From a virus (taxonomy: Duplodnaviria; Caudoviricetes), in IMG/VR virus record IMGVR_UViG_3300014656_006070, positions 1 through 28,335 of that record: DNA of 28,335 nucleotides; one strand, given 5' to 3'. Of the stretch, positions 1-8,669 are shown piece after piece. The notes under the pieces are model-generated. The model had not been told where the DNA came from. It saw only the letters and a program-made list of their open reading frames with translations, and ran no database searches. A program made the translations under genes and the position numbers. Within the stretch, counting starts at the first letter, position 1. Each line of letters begins with the position of its first letter.

Positions 1-483
1 TCATTCTTCCACTTCCTCTATTGAGTAGGTGATTTCTGCACTGGGGTATTTTTGGGCAACTTCGTTCATCATTTCAAATGCTGCTGTTATTGAACCGCCG
101 CCCGTGTACCTGGCTCTTGATTTATGACGATCAAAGGAAGGTGTTACATTCATTGCCCTAGATATGGCTGGGTCATCATATTCACACACCATTTTTACCC
201 GTGTTGGTTCCGAAAAAATTTCTACAGTTATTTTAATATCTAGATGCTGTACGTTCAAAAAACCATAGTTTGCTGCCTTTATTTTTGTAACCAGCATCAG
301 GAATGTTTTGTCAACCTGCTCTAAGGTGTAGCCTTCTTTTATTAGCAGCTTGCCCATTTTTGTGAATGCTTCTTCGGGGGTGTCCGTGGTGGTGATTATG
401 ATTACATTGCTATCTTCGGGTATATCCTGAAAGTGTGGGGGTAAAAGAGTAAAAAACAGTGGGATTAATAAATAATATTTCAT
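1..483 (-). CDS. Hypothetical exported/membrane-anchored protein (possible lysogenic-conversion gene)
   Basis: 160-aa ORF with N-terminal MKYYLLIPLFFTLLPP hydrophobic segment; GAGG upstream; co-oriented with and downstream of the repressor. Confidence 0.65.
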   Translation of the reverse strand: MKYYLLIPLFFTLLPPHFQDIPEDSNVIIITTTDTPEEAFTKMGKLLIKEGYTLEQVDKTFLMLVTKIKAANYGFLNVQHLDIKITVEIFSEPTRVKMVCEYDDPAISRAMNVTPSFDRHKSRARYTGGGSITAAFEMMNEVAQKYPSAEITYSIEEVEE

Positions 484-533
484 GGTAAACCTCTTTGTGA
501 GTTACAAAAAATAATTATTAATTAAAATTCAAA

Positions 534-552
534 GTGTCCGCCAGGCGGACAC
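534..552. repeat. Palindrome GTGTCCGCC-A-GGCGGACAC
   Basis: Perfect 9-bp arms with 1-nt centre, read directly. Confidence 0.8.
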
Positions 553-653
553 GTGAAGCTTTAAGTATCTTTGTCGTGTAATAACTTCAGCAGTTCTTCG
601 GCTGTTTTTTTTATCCGTTCTATTTCTTTTCCAATATAGTTTAAGTTTTACGA

Positions 654-669
654 GTCTCACTAGTGAGAC
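654..669. repeat. Perfect 16-bp palindrome GTCTCACTAGTGAGAC
   Basis: Read directly; 10 nt beyond the repressor stop codon. Confidence 0.8.
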
Positions 670-679
670 ACTTCAAGCT

Positions 680-1015
680 TTATCTATTCTCTAAGGACCT
701 CAAAACACTGTCAACTTGAGATTTTATTTGTTTCAAACTTTTCTTCAATTCTTCTCCTTGTTGTAGCTCAACACCATATTCAATTTTCTTCTCCATAATT
801 ATTAGTCGTTCCTCAGATTCAACATCGTCTGACAATAACCAGTTTATGTCGCATCCATCTTTAAATAGTTTTTTAAGGAAAGATGCCCCAGGCTCTACGT
901 CATTATTAAAGTAAGGATACAGTTGCTGTCGTGTAATCTTAAGTGCATCAGCACCCTTCTGTATGGATTTGTATTTTGTTACTAAATAGTATTTTATTTT
1001 TGACCCTAAATCCAA
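680..1015 (-). CDS. CI-like XRE-family HTH phage repressor
   Basis: SIQKGADALKITRQQLYPYFNNDVEPGASFLKKL...GCDINWLL is an XRE HTH pattern; TTG start with GGGAG upstream; divergent from the early operon; no S24 peptidase domain. Confidence 0.85.
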   Translation of the reverse strand: MDLGSKIKYYLVTKYKSIQKGADALKITRQQLYPYFNNDVEPGASFLKKLFKDGCDINWLLSDDVESEERLIIMEKKIEYGVELQQGEELKKSLKQIKSQVDSVLRSLENR

Positions 1016-1049
1016 CTTCGAACTCCCTTCGTCATAAATATATTGCAGT

Positions 1050-1102
1050 TTTCACTTGACAAAGTGAAACATATATATTACTTTTGCAATAAAACTATTG
1101 CA
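1050..1102 (+). promoter_or_regulatory. Early promoter with overlapping operator-like inverted repeats
   Basis: TTGACA (1056-1061), 17 nt, TACTTT (1079-1084); TACTTTTG also fits the Bacteroidota TAnnTTTG box. IR TTTCACTT-GACA-AAGTGAAA (1050-1069) and IR TGCAATA-AAAC-TATTGCA (1085-1102). Confidence 0.75.
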
Positions 1103-1122
1103 CATTATTTTAAAGACATTCT

Positions 1123-1347
1123 ATGAAAAACAATAACAGCATTAAAATCCTTGATAAAGTAATAGAAGATAAAAACAGAATAAATATTGCCCAGGTGCAA
1201 AGAGAAACCGGATTAAGCTACCCATACGTGTGGCAACTACTGAACGGGGCACGCAACAACCAGGAATCCCTTTTGTTAGTGAGAAATGCAGTTGTAAAAC
1301 TATATGGTTCGCTTGTACGTGACCATAAAACTGCCACGGCTGCATAA
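1123..1347 (+). CDS. Cro/Ner-like small HTH regulator
   Basis: 74 aa; INIAQVQRETGLSYPYVWQLLNG HTH; first gene divergent from the repressor. Confidence 0.8.
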   Translation: MKNNNSIKILDKVIEDKNRINIAQVQRETGLSYPYVWQLLNGARNNQESLLLVRNAVVKLYGSLVRDHKTATAA

Positions 1348-1400
1348 AATATAGTAAATGCCTACTACAAAATATATTAAAAAAATGAGACTAATATTTA

Positions 1401-1862
1401 ATGGGTCAGTACGAAGACATTAAAAGCAAGATTTACCAGACGATACATCGGAATAAGAAGCCGATTGACCAGATAGCCGACGAAATGGGAATAAGCTGCG
1501 AGTCATTATACCGATACGCTCTCCCTTCCCCCTCGGGGAGCGACATACCCCTGAAAAGACTGATACCCTTAATGAAAGCCGCCAAAGATTACGGGATATT
1601 AAAACATATAGCCGGGATCTGTGGATTTGTACTGGTAAAGATACCACGTTACAGAGCCAGCAAGGGAGACAGCAACGATGTTGTAAGTAATTACCAAAAC
1701 GTTAGCGCTGAAGCTGTAAATGACCTGATAAAATTTTTTAAGATGCCAACCATGCCTAATTACGAAAAAGTAAAAGAAAGCCTGGATACTGTAATGGAAC
1801 AGAGCATAGGCGCGAGAAAATATATAGATAAAGAACACGCCGGACAAATCGATTTATTTTGA
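1401..1862 (+). CDS. Phage regulatory CII-like HTH protein
   Basis: KPIDQIADEMGISCESLYRY HTH followed by IPLKRLIPLM...ILKHIAGICGFVLV, the CII/CP76-like pattern; ends QIDLF. Confidence 0.7.
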   Translation: MGQYEDIKSKIYQTIHRNKKPIDQIADEMGISCESLYRYALPSPSGSDIPLKRLIPLMKAAKDYGILKHIAGICGFVLVKIPRYRASKGDSNDVVSNYQNVSAEAVNDLIKFFKMPTMPNYEKVKESLDTVMEQSIGARKYIDKEHAGQIDLF

Positions 1863-1869
1863 GGATAAA

Positions 1870-2304
1870 ATGAAAAAAGAAAAAGACCTAAGAAAAAAAC
1901 TGCTGGAAGCTATTGAAATGTACGAAAGGCTAAACCAGCAGGAAGATACTTTTTACGGCACACAATATAACAAGGGTTTTATCTCGGGGGTAAGGTATAG
2001 TCTTATTCTTCTTATAAAAGAAAGTGGTAGTGAGAACACAGGGCTGTTGAACAGGCTTAAAAAACTGGTATCGAAAAAAGAAGTTGTATTGGTTGAGAAG
2101 AAAGACATCAATTTAAGCGAAGCCGAAAAAGAGGTTGCCGATTTGCTGGAAAAAGGATTAACCAATAAAGAGATAGCAGAATTGCTAAGCAAGAAGCCTA
2201 ACACAGTACGTAACCAGGTGCAAAGCATATTGACCAAAACCAACAACCCGAACAGAAGTCAGTTCGTTTACAGCCGGATGAAAAAGGTTAGCAATGAACA
2301 GTAA
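1870..2304 (+). CDS. LuxR-type C-terminal HTH protein
   Basis: LSEAEKEVADLLEKGLTNKEIAELLSKKPNTVRNQVQSILTK matches the LuxR/GerE HTH; GAGGA RBS. Confidence 0.85.
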   Translation: MKKEKDLRKKLLEAIEMYERLNQQEDTFYGTQYNKGFISGVRYSLILLIKESGSENTGLLNRLKKLVSKKEVVLVEKKDINLSEAEKEVADLLEKGLTNKEIAELLSKKPNTVRNQVQSILTKTNNPNRSQFVYSRMKKVSNEQ

Positions 2305-2578
2305 AATTGACAGGGATCAATTTATAAGAATGAGAAAAAGAGGCTTATCTAAAGCGGAAATAAGCCGCAGGCTGGAATGCTCCAGCAAACAGTTAGGACG
2401 TATTGAAAAGGAATTAACAGAAAAGGGTTTTGAATTCCCTGAACCTGTAAGAATAGACGAAGAAATTGAAACCATTACACAAAGAGTATTACTGAAAATG
2501 GGCGTAACCAGTAGTGAAGTTGGACGTGTAACCGGAGTAAGCCGGCAAGCGATTTATAAAAAGTTCGCGGAGTGCTGA
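2294..2578 (+). CDS. Small protein with two HTH-like motifs
   Basis: GLSKAEISRRLECSSKQL and GVTSSEVGRVTGVSRQAIYK. Confidence 0.75.
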   Translation: MNSKIDRDQFIRMRKRGLSKAEISRRLECSSKQLGRIEKELTEKGFEFPEPVRIDEEIETITQRVLLKMGVTSSEVGRVTGVSRQAIYKKFAEC

Positions 2579-2581
2579 AAA

Positions 2582-2893
2582 ATGGAAAACAAAGTTGATA
2601 TTAGCGGGTATAGCTTTACCAAATTAATAAAAGAAGCAAAAATAATATTCCCCCGCATGGATGAAATTAACGCTGTTAAATCTTATCACTCTTTCACTTT
2701 ACAACGGCACCAACAGGCGTTTTGTATTGGAACCAAAATAAGCACACTTAACCAGTTAGCGATAGCGAGAACCTATCTGGAAATGATGTTTTTTACCAGG
2801 GATTTTTACCCCGCCGGGGAAACAGAAACCATTCTAAAACACTTTTCGAAACCAATAATACCGAGGATACCAAATGGAAAAGACCTTAACTAA
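2582..2893 (+). CDS. Hypothetical protein
   Basis: 103-aa ORF tightly packed in the early operon. Confidence 0.6.
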   Translation: MENKVDISGYSFTKLIKEAKIIFPRMDEINAVKSYHSFTLQRHQQAFCIGTKISTLNQLAIARTYLEMMFFTRDFYPAGETETILKHFSKPIIPRIPNGKDLN

Positions 2894-3740
2894 GAGTGAT
2901 ATAAATAAAACATTTACCGTGCTGGATGATGAAACGGGTAAGTTTATTGAAGTGGCGTTAGAAGACCAGAGAACGGCATCATTCGCGCACAGCCAGGTAC
3001 TTGCCGGCACACTATACAGCGCCTACTGGTTAAAAAAAATAAGAGACGAAAAACAATACCTGAATTTAGGGCATGGGAGCTTTGGGGAATATGTAGAAAC
3101 AACACTTCCTTACGGAAAAGCTACAGCCTATAGAATGCTTCAGGTTATGGATAAGGTAAGCAACGTTTTCCCGGTAACCTCTCCTCAACAATTGCTAGGC
3201 GGAGAAGACGTTCCGGTAAATGAAATTAATTCAATGAGCATGAAGTCGCTAGGCGAAATTACAAAACTGGAAGATGTTGAGTTTGAAGAGTTATTTACAA
3301 AGGGTTCGTTATCCAATGGCGACACGACCCTTGTACTTAATGAAATTAAAGACATGGTAAGCCGAAACGTTGCTATTGCGGTAAAGGAGTACAAGAAAAA
3401 ATACAGCGACCAACACAGCCAGCAAAATGAAAAAATTAAGCTGCTTAAAACGGAAAAGGAATCATTAGCAAATGACTTACAGGAAAAGAACGAAGTGATT
3501 GAGCGGGCGCGGAGTAAGGAAAAATTGTTTGGCGCCAAAGCCGCTAAGTATGATGATAAGGTTGAGTTGTTGCAAGATGCTGAAGACTGCCTGAATAAAT
3601 TTAACAGGTACATGAATAATACAGCTATTTCTCTTGAAGATGCTGAAGAGCTTCAAGATAAATTTAATGACCTGGTTAAAAAAGCGGATGAAATTAAAGA
3701 GAATTTGATTGCCAACTTTTCGGAGGTTACGACCAAGTAA
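2874..3740 (+). CDS. DUF3102-like DNA-binding protein with C-terminal coiled coil
   Basis: LKKIRDEKQY...HGSFGEYVETTLPYGKATAYRML motif, then K/E-rich helical tail; GAGGA RBS. Confidence 0.6.
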   Translation: MEKTLTKSDINKTFTVLDDETGKFIEVALEDQRTASFAHSQVLAGTLYSAYWLKKIRDEKQYLNLGHGSFGEYVETTLPYGKATAYRMLQVMDKVSNVFPVTSPQQLLGGEDVPVNEINSMSMKSLGEITKLEDVEFEELFTKGSLSNGDTTLVLNEIKDMVSRNVAIAVKEYKKKYSDQHSQQNEKIKLLKTEKESLANDLQEKNEVIERARSKEKLFGAKAAKYDDKVELLQDAEDCLNKFNRYMNNTAISLEDAEELQDKFNDLVKKADEIKENLIANFSEVTTK

Positions 3741-3745
3741 ACCCG

Positions 3746-3762
3746 CCTGCCGGCGAGGCAGG
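3746..3762. repeat. REP-like GC hairpin CCTGCC-GGCGA-GGCAGG
   Basis: 6-bp perfect stem right after a stop codon; no U-tract on the + strand. Confidence 0.6.
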
Positions 3763-3763
3763 A

Positions 3764-3805
3764 AGGAAAAAGGAAAAAGGAAAAAGTGAAAAGTAAACAG
3801 GAGAA
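3764..3805 (+). repeat. Heptamer array, family C: (AGGAAAA)3 AGTGAAA AGTAAAC AGGAGAA
   Basis: 7-nt period read directly; last unit holds the AGGAG RBS of the next gene. Confidence 0.9.
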
Positions 3806-3808
3806 ATT

Positions 3809-4405
3809 ATGAACGCCCGGAACGCAATTGGTGAACCAATATCAACTAAACAAATAATGGCTATTAAGACTTTGCAGAGCAAATTACAAATGAATGATGA
3901 CGGGTATCATGCCGCACTTTGGGAGTTTGCTGAAGCTGGCAGTTGTACCGAGTTATCAAAAAGTCAGGCAACAAAATTTATTAGTGATTTATCAAACAAA
4001 CTGAATAAAACAGCGCCTTATTCCTCAACACCACAAAGCCCCGCTTCCCCCGGCGGGGCTCCCTCCCGTTATACCGGTAACGGTAAAAACGGACGCTCGA
4101 AACATTTAACACCGGCACGCGCCAACCGTATTGAAATACTTGAGGATCTGCTAGGCTGGACGGGTGAAGAGAAGTTAACCAAATTTATAAAGAGACAAGT
4201 AGCAAGATTAAGACCGGAAAATATTTTGGTGCATGTGAACATGTTGAGCAACAAAGAAGCCAGCAAAGTTATCATTGGTATGCAACGGGTCTTTTGTGAT
4301 GATAGAAAATTGGACTATGAAAAAATTAACATGTTGGGGAATAAACAACTTAAAGAAATTGGCAACTCCCGCCCACGCGTTAAAATGGTTAAGAGGAGTA
4401 AGTAA
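3809..4405 (+). CDS. gemA: GemA-like (DUF1018, Mu gp16) regulatory protein
   Basis: KQIMAIKTLQSKLQMNDDGYHAALWEFAEAGSCTELSKSQATKFISDL and C-terminal LSNKEASKVIIGM patterns. Confidence 0.75.
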   Translation: MNARNAIGEPISTKQIMAIKTLQSKLQMNDDGYHAALWEFAEAGSCTELSKSQATKFISDLSNKLNKTAPYSSTPQSPASPGGAPSRYTGNGKNGRSKHLTPARANRIEILEDLLGWTGEEKLTKFIKRQVARLRPENILVHVNMLSNKEASKVIIGMQRVFCDDRKLDYEKINMLGNKQLKEIGNSRPRVKMVKRSK

Positions 4406-4821
4406 TGATTGAGATTGTAAAAGAGGATTTGAGAATAAGAGCAATCAGTTTATATCAACCGTTTGCCAATAATTTTTATGATGGGATTAAGACGATCGAA
4501 ACCCGCTGGCACGATACAAACATAAGAGAAGATGTTTTGATCTGTTCAACGAAAAAACCAATGATTGAACCGGCGGGTTTTGGTCTCTGTATTGTAAGGT
4601 TATATAATAGCAGGATGTTGAATCCAGATGACGCCAAAGATGCATGTTGCGATTATGTTCCTGGTAAATGGGCGTGGGAAACTGACAGGTTAAGAAGACT
4701 TGACCCGATACTACCTGTAACAGGTCGGCAAGGCTGGTTTTATGTAACCATACCGGCGGGAACAAGATTGGTTCATGTAGATGATTTACACCCGGATTAC
4801 AACGAGGCTGGAGTACACTAA
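4405..4821 (+). CDS. ASCH domain protein
   Basis: AISLYQPFA...GIKTIETRW (GxKxxExR) and PVTGRQGWF motifs. Confidence 0.85.
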   Translation: MIEIVKEDLRIRAISLYQPFANNFYDGIKTIETRWHDTNIREDVLICSTKKPMIEPAGFGLCIVRLYNSRMLNPDDAKDACCDYVPGKWAWETDRLRRLDPILPVTGRQGWFYVTIPAGTRLVHVDDLHPDYNEAGVH

Positions 4822-4883
4822 TGGTTCGATACTTCGACTTCGCTCAGTATGTACTTTGCTTGCCATATATTTTTTAAATATAA

Positions 4884-4903
4884 GTGTAAGGTATTCCTTA
4901 CAC
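4884..4903. promoter_or_regulatory. Inverted repeat GTGTAAGG-TATT-CCTTACAC upstream of the transposase
   Basis: Perfect 8-bp arms, 14 nt before the likely ATG at 4918. Confidence 0.55.
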
Positions 4904-4917
4904 GTTGGAATAACAAA

Positions 4918-6519
4918 ATGAGAAAAATTGACATAGCCACAATTCAAAATGAACTTGATAATTCTCCTCACGGGATGCACGGGGCGGTTGTTAACCGGTA
5001 TGCTGAATTACTTGGTGTAAGTAAGGCAACTATCCACCGCCATTTGCAAAAAGAGTTTGGCAGAAAGAAGAGAATTGATCGTGATCCTCTCATTCCTCAG
5101 GAGTTGATTGATACGGCGGCAAAGTACAAAGCCAAAGGTTTGGCAATGGGATTAAGTGAACGCGAATTAAGTACCGATCTTGTTATTGAGTTAATGGTTG
5201 ATGACGAAATTGAGGGAGCCGACAAACTAACTGTAAGTACCGTTAACCGCCGATTAAGAGAATCAGGATTCCGTCAAGTACAACCACACCAACGTATAGA
5301 AGCCGCCTATGCTAATCAGGAACATCAAATGGATTTTTCCAGATCGAAATATTTTCAGTTGTGGAAATACGATAGCAGCAAGGATGATTATCTCTTAAAG
5401 GTTGGCGAAAAGACTCTCTTCTACAAAGACGATACTAAAAAATTGCGTACCTGGATGGTTGGTATTATCGATAGCTATTCCAGAATATTTCTTGTAAAGA
5501 TGTTTGCCGCGACGGGTGAAAGCTCGGATATAGGTATTGATTTCCTGAATTGGGTTTATGCGGGCGAACACCCGGAACACCCATTGCAGTATTTACCGGA
5601 TGTATTAAAAACTGACAACGGTTCATTCATAAAAGACAGATCCGTAAAGCAGATGCTGGAAATTATGGACATTGAAAGCAAGTGTTCAACCCCCTACAAA
5701 AAGCGCGGCATACAAAAAATTGAATCTGTCTGGAAAATACTTTGGCGCCAATTTGAATTAAAAGAGGCAATGAAATTAGGGCAAGGTTCTACAATTCACC
5801 TTAAGGATTACAACGAGCTTGTTTATGGTTTTGCTCTCGACTCTCTTCAGAAAAACCACGTAGTACGAAGCGGTACCCGTGAACATGTATACAGATCCTC
5901 GCTTGGAAGATTCAGGAATGACGCGGGTGAAGTGATTAACAAAAGAGTTGCCGAATGTGATTTACGGGATGTTGCTTATTACACTAGCGAGCGGGTTGTT
6001 TCGCCTGAATTTATTGTAAGTGTTGATACTGAAAAATATCTATGTCCTGAAGGAACGCAAGGATTGCGGGTTAACATCTTCAAAAATAAAAGCGGAGCCT
6101 ATGCCGCAAAAGTTATTGGTGAACACAGTCCGGCCTTTATGCTTATACCAACAACCGGTTACCGCGAACTGGATAACTTTGAACACCGCCCACACGCTAC
6201 TTACGTAGACAGAATTGAAAAAGAAGTGAAGGAAGAAAAAGAAGCAAAGAAAGCTGAAGCTGTTGGCAATATTAATTACATGGCTCCGCAAGTTGAAAAG
6301 GTAACACCGGTAACACCATTTAACACCGCTGAAGATGTTGAAGAGGAATTTGTAAGTGTGTACGACGCCAAATTATACATAGCCGAAAAGCTTGTTTGCC
6401 AATATCAGGATTGGGCTGACATCTTTGATCCTTTGCTAAGTAGTGAAGATGGATTATTGAAGAGCGGGATTGATAAAGTGATTGCCGCCATTAAAAGACA
6501 ACAGGCGGCAAGTAGTTAG
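4918..6519 (+). CDS. MuA-like DDE transposase
   Basis: N-terminal HTH (YAELLGVSKATIHRHL); integrase core HQMDFS / IIDSYSR / LKTDNGS / QKIESVW. Start placed at ATG 4918 because the 4849 extension looks non-coding. Confidence 0.9.
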   Translation: MRKIDIATIQNELDNSPHGMHGAVVNRYAELLGVSKATIHRHLQKEFGRKKRIDRDPLIPQELIDTAAKYKAKGLAMGLSERELSTDLVIELMVDDEIEGADKLTVSTVNRRLRESGFRQVQPHQRIEAAYANQEHQMDFSRSKYFQLWKYDSSKDDYLLKVGEKTLFYKDDTKKLRTWMVGIIDSYSRIFLVKMFAATGESSDIGIDFLNWVYAGEHPEHPLQYLPDVLKTDNGSFIKDRSVKQMLEIMDIESKCSTPYKKRGIQKIESVWKILWRQFELKEAMKLGQGSTIHLKDYNELVYGFALDSLQKNHVVRSGTREHVYRSSLGRFRNDAGEVINKRVAECDLRDVAYYTSERVVSPEFIVSVDTEKYLCPEGTQGLRVNIFKNKSGAYAAKVIGEHSPAFMLIPTTGYRELDNFEHRPHATYVDRIEKEVKEEKEAKKAEAVGNINYMAPQVEKVTPVTPFNTAEDVEEEFVSVYDAKLYIAEKLVCQYQDWADIFDPLLSSEDGLLKSGIDKVIAAIKRQQAASS

Positions 6520-6552
6520 TACTTAGACATTAGACAATAGATAAAAGCGAGA
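6511..6552 (+). repeat. Heptamer array, family B: AGTAGTT AGTACTT AGACATT AGACAAT AGATAAA AGCGAGA
   Basis: 7-nt period; supplies the transposase TAG stop. Confidence 0.85.
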
Positions 6553-6561
6553 GCGTAAAAA

Positions 6562-6855
6562 ATGGGAATAAAAGAATATTTGAAACAGTCGAAGCGGGTT
6601 TTGGATGTTGCTTTTAAGATAGTGCCCAAAAAGAAAGTATTAGAACATCAGGAAGAAACTTGCGGCGTGGAATTTAAATGCAAGAATTGCGGTAACACTG
6701 GCAGCGCTATTAACCAGCCAACTAATCAGGAAAATTATTGCAGTTGTTGCGGGTTTTCTCTTTGCCCGGATTGCGTAAAACGAAAAGTAAAAATGTGTAC
6801 TGAATGTTTAGGAACAATATTATTTGCAAAAAATAAGAGGTGTAACAATGACTAA
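6562..6855 (+). CDS. Cys-rich zinc-finger protein
   Basis: Four CxxC units (CKNC, CSCC, CPDC, CTEC). Confidence 0.7.
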   Translation: MGIKEYLKQSKRVLDVAFKIVPKKKVLEHQEETCGVEFKCKNCGNTGSAINQPTNQENYCSCCGFSLCPDCVKRKVKMCTECLGTILFAKNKRCNND

Positions 6856-7471
6856 TCCAAGACCCAAAGAATTAATGAACAAAACCGGCAAGATGATTCC
6901 CGCCGAAAATGTAAGGCTGGATCACTGGAAAAAACATTTGCTGGTTGAAGAAGTATTTACCGCCGTGATGGATCTTAACGAGCGTATGACAAAAATAAAA
7001 GAGAAGCTCTACAGGAAGATCTGGCAATATGAAAAATGGCTGGTAAAATTTAATGAAGTTGACCAGGAAGTTGATTTCCAGAATCTGACACTTACCAATT
7101 ATTCCGGTACAAAAAAAATAGTAATTGAAACCGGCACCCTTGCCGTTGAGTTTGATGAAAACATTCAGGTTGCCAAAGTTCTTATTGATAAATGCATAGC
7201 TAGTTGGGGTAAGGAAAGTCACCACAACATAAAAATAATTATTGATAAAGCTTTCAGGGTCGGCACCAAAGGAATGATTAGTAAGAATGATGTTCTCGGG
7301 TTGCTTCAGTATAAAATACTTGATAAGGATTGGAAGCAGGCTATGGATTTAATAACCAAGAGCATAGTTGAAAAAGTGAAAAAGGAATACATCAAATTCC
7401 AGTACCGCGAGAATAATAAGGCGGGCTGGAAAACATTGAATCTTAATTTCTCTTCTATAGAGCTAGACTAA
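6848..7471 (+). CDS. DUF3164 family Mu-like phage protein
   Basis: GKMIPAENV, NLTLTNYSGTKKI, FDENIQVAKVLIDKCIASW, WKQAMDLI...LNFS; start at ATG 6848 after GAGG. Confidence 0.85.
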   Translation: MTNPRPKELMNKTGKMIPAENVRLDHWKKHLLVEEVFTAVMDLNERMTKIKEKLYRKIWQYEKWLVKFNEVDQEVDFQNLTLTNYSGTKKIVIETGTLAVEFDENIQVAKVLIDKCIASWGKESHHNIKIIIDKAFRVGTKGMISKNDVLGLLQYKILDKDWKQAMDLITKSIVEKVKKEYIKFQYRENNKAGWKTLNLNFSSIELD

Positions 7472-7662
7472 TGGATAACGTAATTAACCCGGATTTAACA
7501 TCGGGACAAAAGGAGGAGCTGGATAAATTGGGAAGGGCTCTCAATAAAATCGATTACAGAATAGTAGTAATGATTTGCGCCCGGCTCCTCTTGTTCCATG
7601 CACCAAACGAAAAGTATCAACTATTAAGACAAATGATAAACCTTACACGGGAGAATAAATAA
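7471..7662 (+). CDS. Hypothetical protein
   Basis: 63 aa; coupled by TAATG overlaps on both sides. Confidence 0.65.
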   Translation: MDNVINPDLTSGQKEELDKLGRALNKIDYRIVVMICARLLLFHAPNEKYQLLRQMINLTRENK

Positions 7663-8669
7663 TGCAACGAGGAGTAATAATTCCAACATCGTTACTTAAC
7701 CATTTTGGGCTTAGCAAGCAGGGTTACCACTGGAGTAAAACAACGGAAGTTTTTAAGGAAGATTTGAAAGAATCAATTTTGAACAGGCAGATGATAGCTT
7801 TAATTGGACAATATGGCGTTGGAAAAACAATTCTAACAAGCAAGGTGTTTGGCGAACTTAAAAACCAGGTGTTGTTCATAAAAATAAAAAATGTAAATCG
7901 CGAGGCTCTTACAGTTAATCACATGATGTCCGCCTTTATTGATGAACATACCGAAGAAAGCCCGCGGAGATGTTCCGAGGCGCGTACTTCTCAGTTTACC
8001 AGATTAATAGGGCAACTGATTACCCAAAGTAAAAGAGATATATGTTTTGTAGTTGAAGACGCGCACCGCCCAAAGGTTGAGTTTTTCAGGTCATTAAAGG
8101 AATTACGCGAAATCGAATTCAACGGGATTAATCCTTTATTCAGTGTTCTTTTAATCGGTCATAAAAAACTTGGTGACAATTTATCATTCCGTAAAGAAGT
8201 TTTGTTGCGATCTGTTAAGCTGGAGCTTTGCGAAGCGACCGGATGGATGGATTTAACCGAACGAATTGAATATTTGCGTACCGTGTTTGGAAGAGCAATT
8301 ACCAAGAGCGCCAGGCAACGGATTGCCACGCTCCACAAGTTCCCGCTGGAAATGGATTACTTTATTTACGAAAAAATGAAAGAAGCCCGCCTTGCTGGTA
8401 AAACGGTGCTGGACGATGACGTTGTACAACCTACACTTAAGGAACTTTACGACGCTGCCAAAGAGAGCGACCCGGACGCTATCAGTTACCGTAAGCTTGC
8501 AAAGGAAATAAACGAGAACGGTAAACTGAATAAAAAAATTAGCGAAGGATCTGTTCACGCAATTATTAATAGTGACGCCGGTAATAAAAAGGAACGGGAC
8601 ATTATTCAAAGAACACTTGCAGCCGTTGAGAACAGAGGGCACGAAAGAAAAATGGCGGCAAACGAATAA
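7662..8669 (+). CDS. MuB/ExeA-like AAA+ transposition ATPase with C-terminal HTH-like segment
   Basis: Walker A GQYGVGKT, Walker B-like FVVEDAHR, VLLIGH sensor; C-terminal ISYRKLAKEIN...ISEGSVHAII. Confidence 0.85.
   Translation: MQRGVIIPTSLLNHFGLSKQGYHWSKTTEVFKEDLKESILNRQMIALIGQYGVGKTILTSKVFGELKNQVLFIKIKNVNREALTVNHMMSAFIDEHTEESPRRCSEARTSQFTRLIGQLITQSKRDICFVVEDAHRPKVEFFRSLKELREIEFNGINPLFSVLLIGHKKLGDNLSFRKEVLLRSVKLELCEATGWMDLTERIEYLRTVFGRAITKSARQRIATLHKFPLEMDYFIYEKMKEARLAGKTVLDDDVVQPTLKELYDAAKESDPDAISYRKLAKEINENGKLNKKISEGSVHAIINSDAGNKKERDIIQRTLAAVENRGHERKMAANE

Noticed and set aside
560-646. Short minus-strand frame reading IGKEIERIKKTAEELLKLLHDKDT
   Set aside because: Protein-like, but preceded by an in-frame stop and lacking a canonical start; at most a remnant
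4849-4917. N-terminal extensions given by the ORF track (also 8909-8953, 17553-17645, 17674-17709)
   Set aside because: They run through repeats or regulatory palindromes; downstream ATGs fit better
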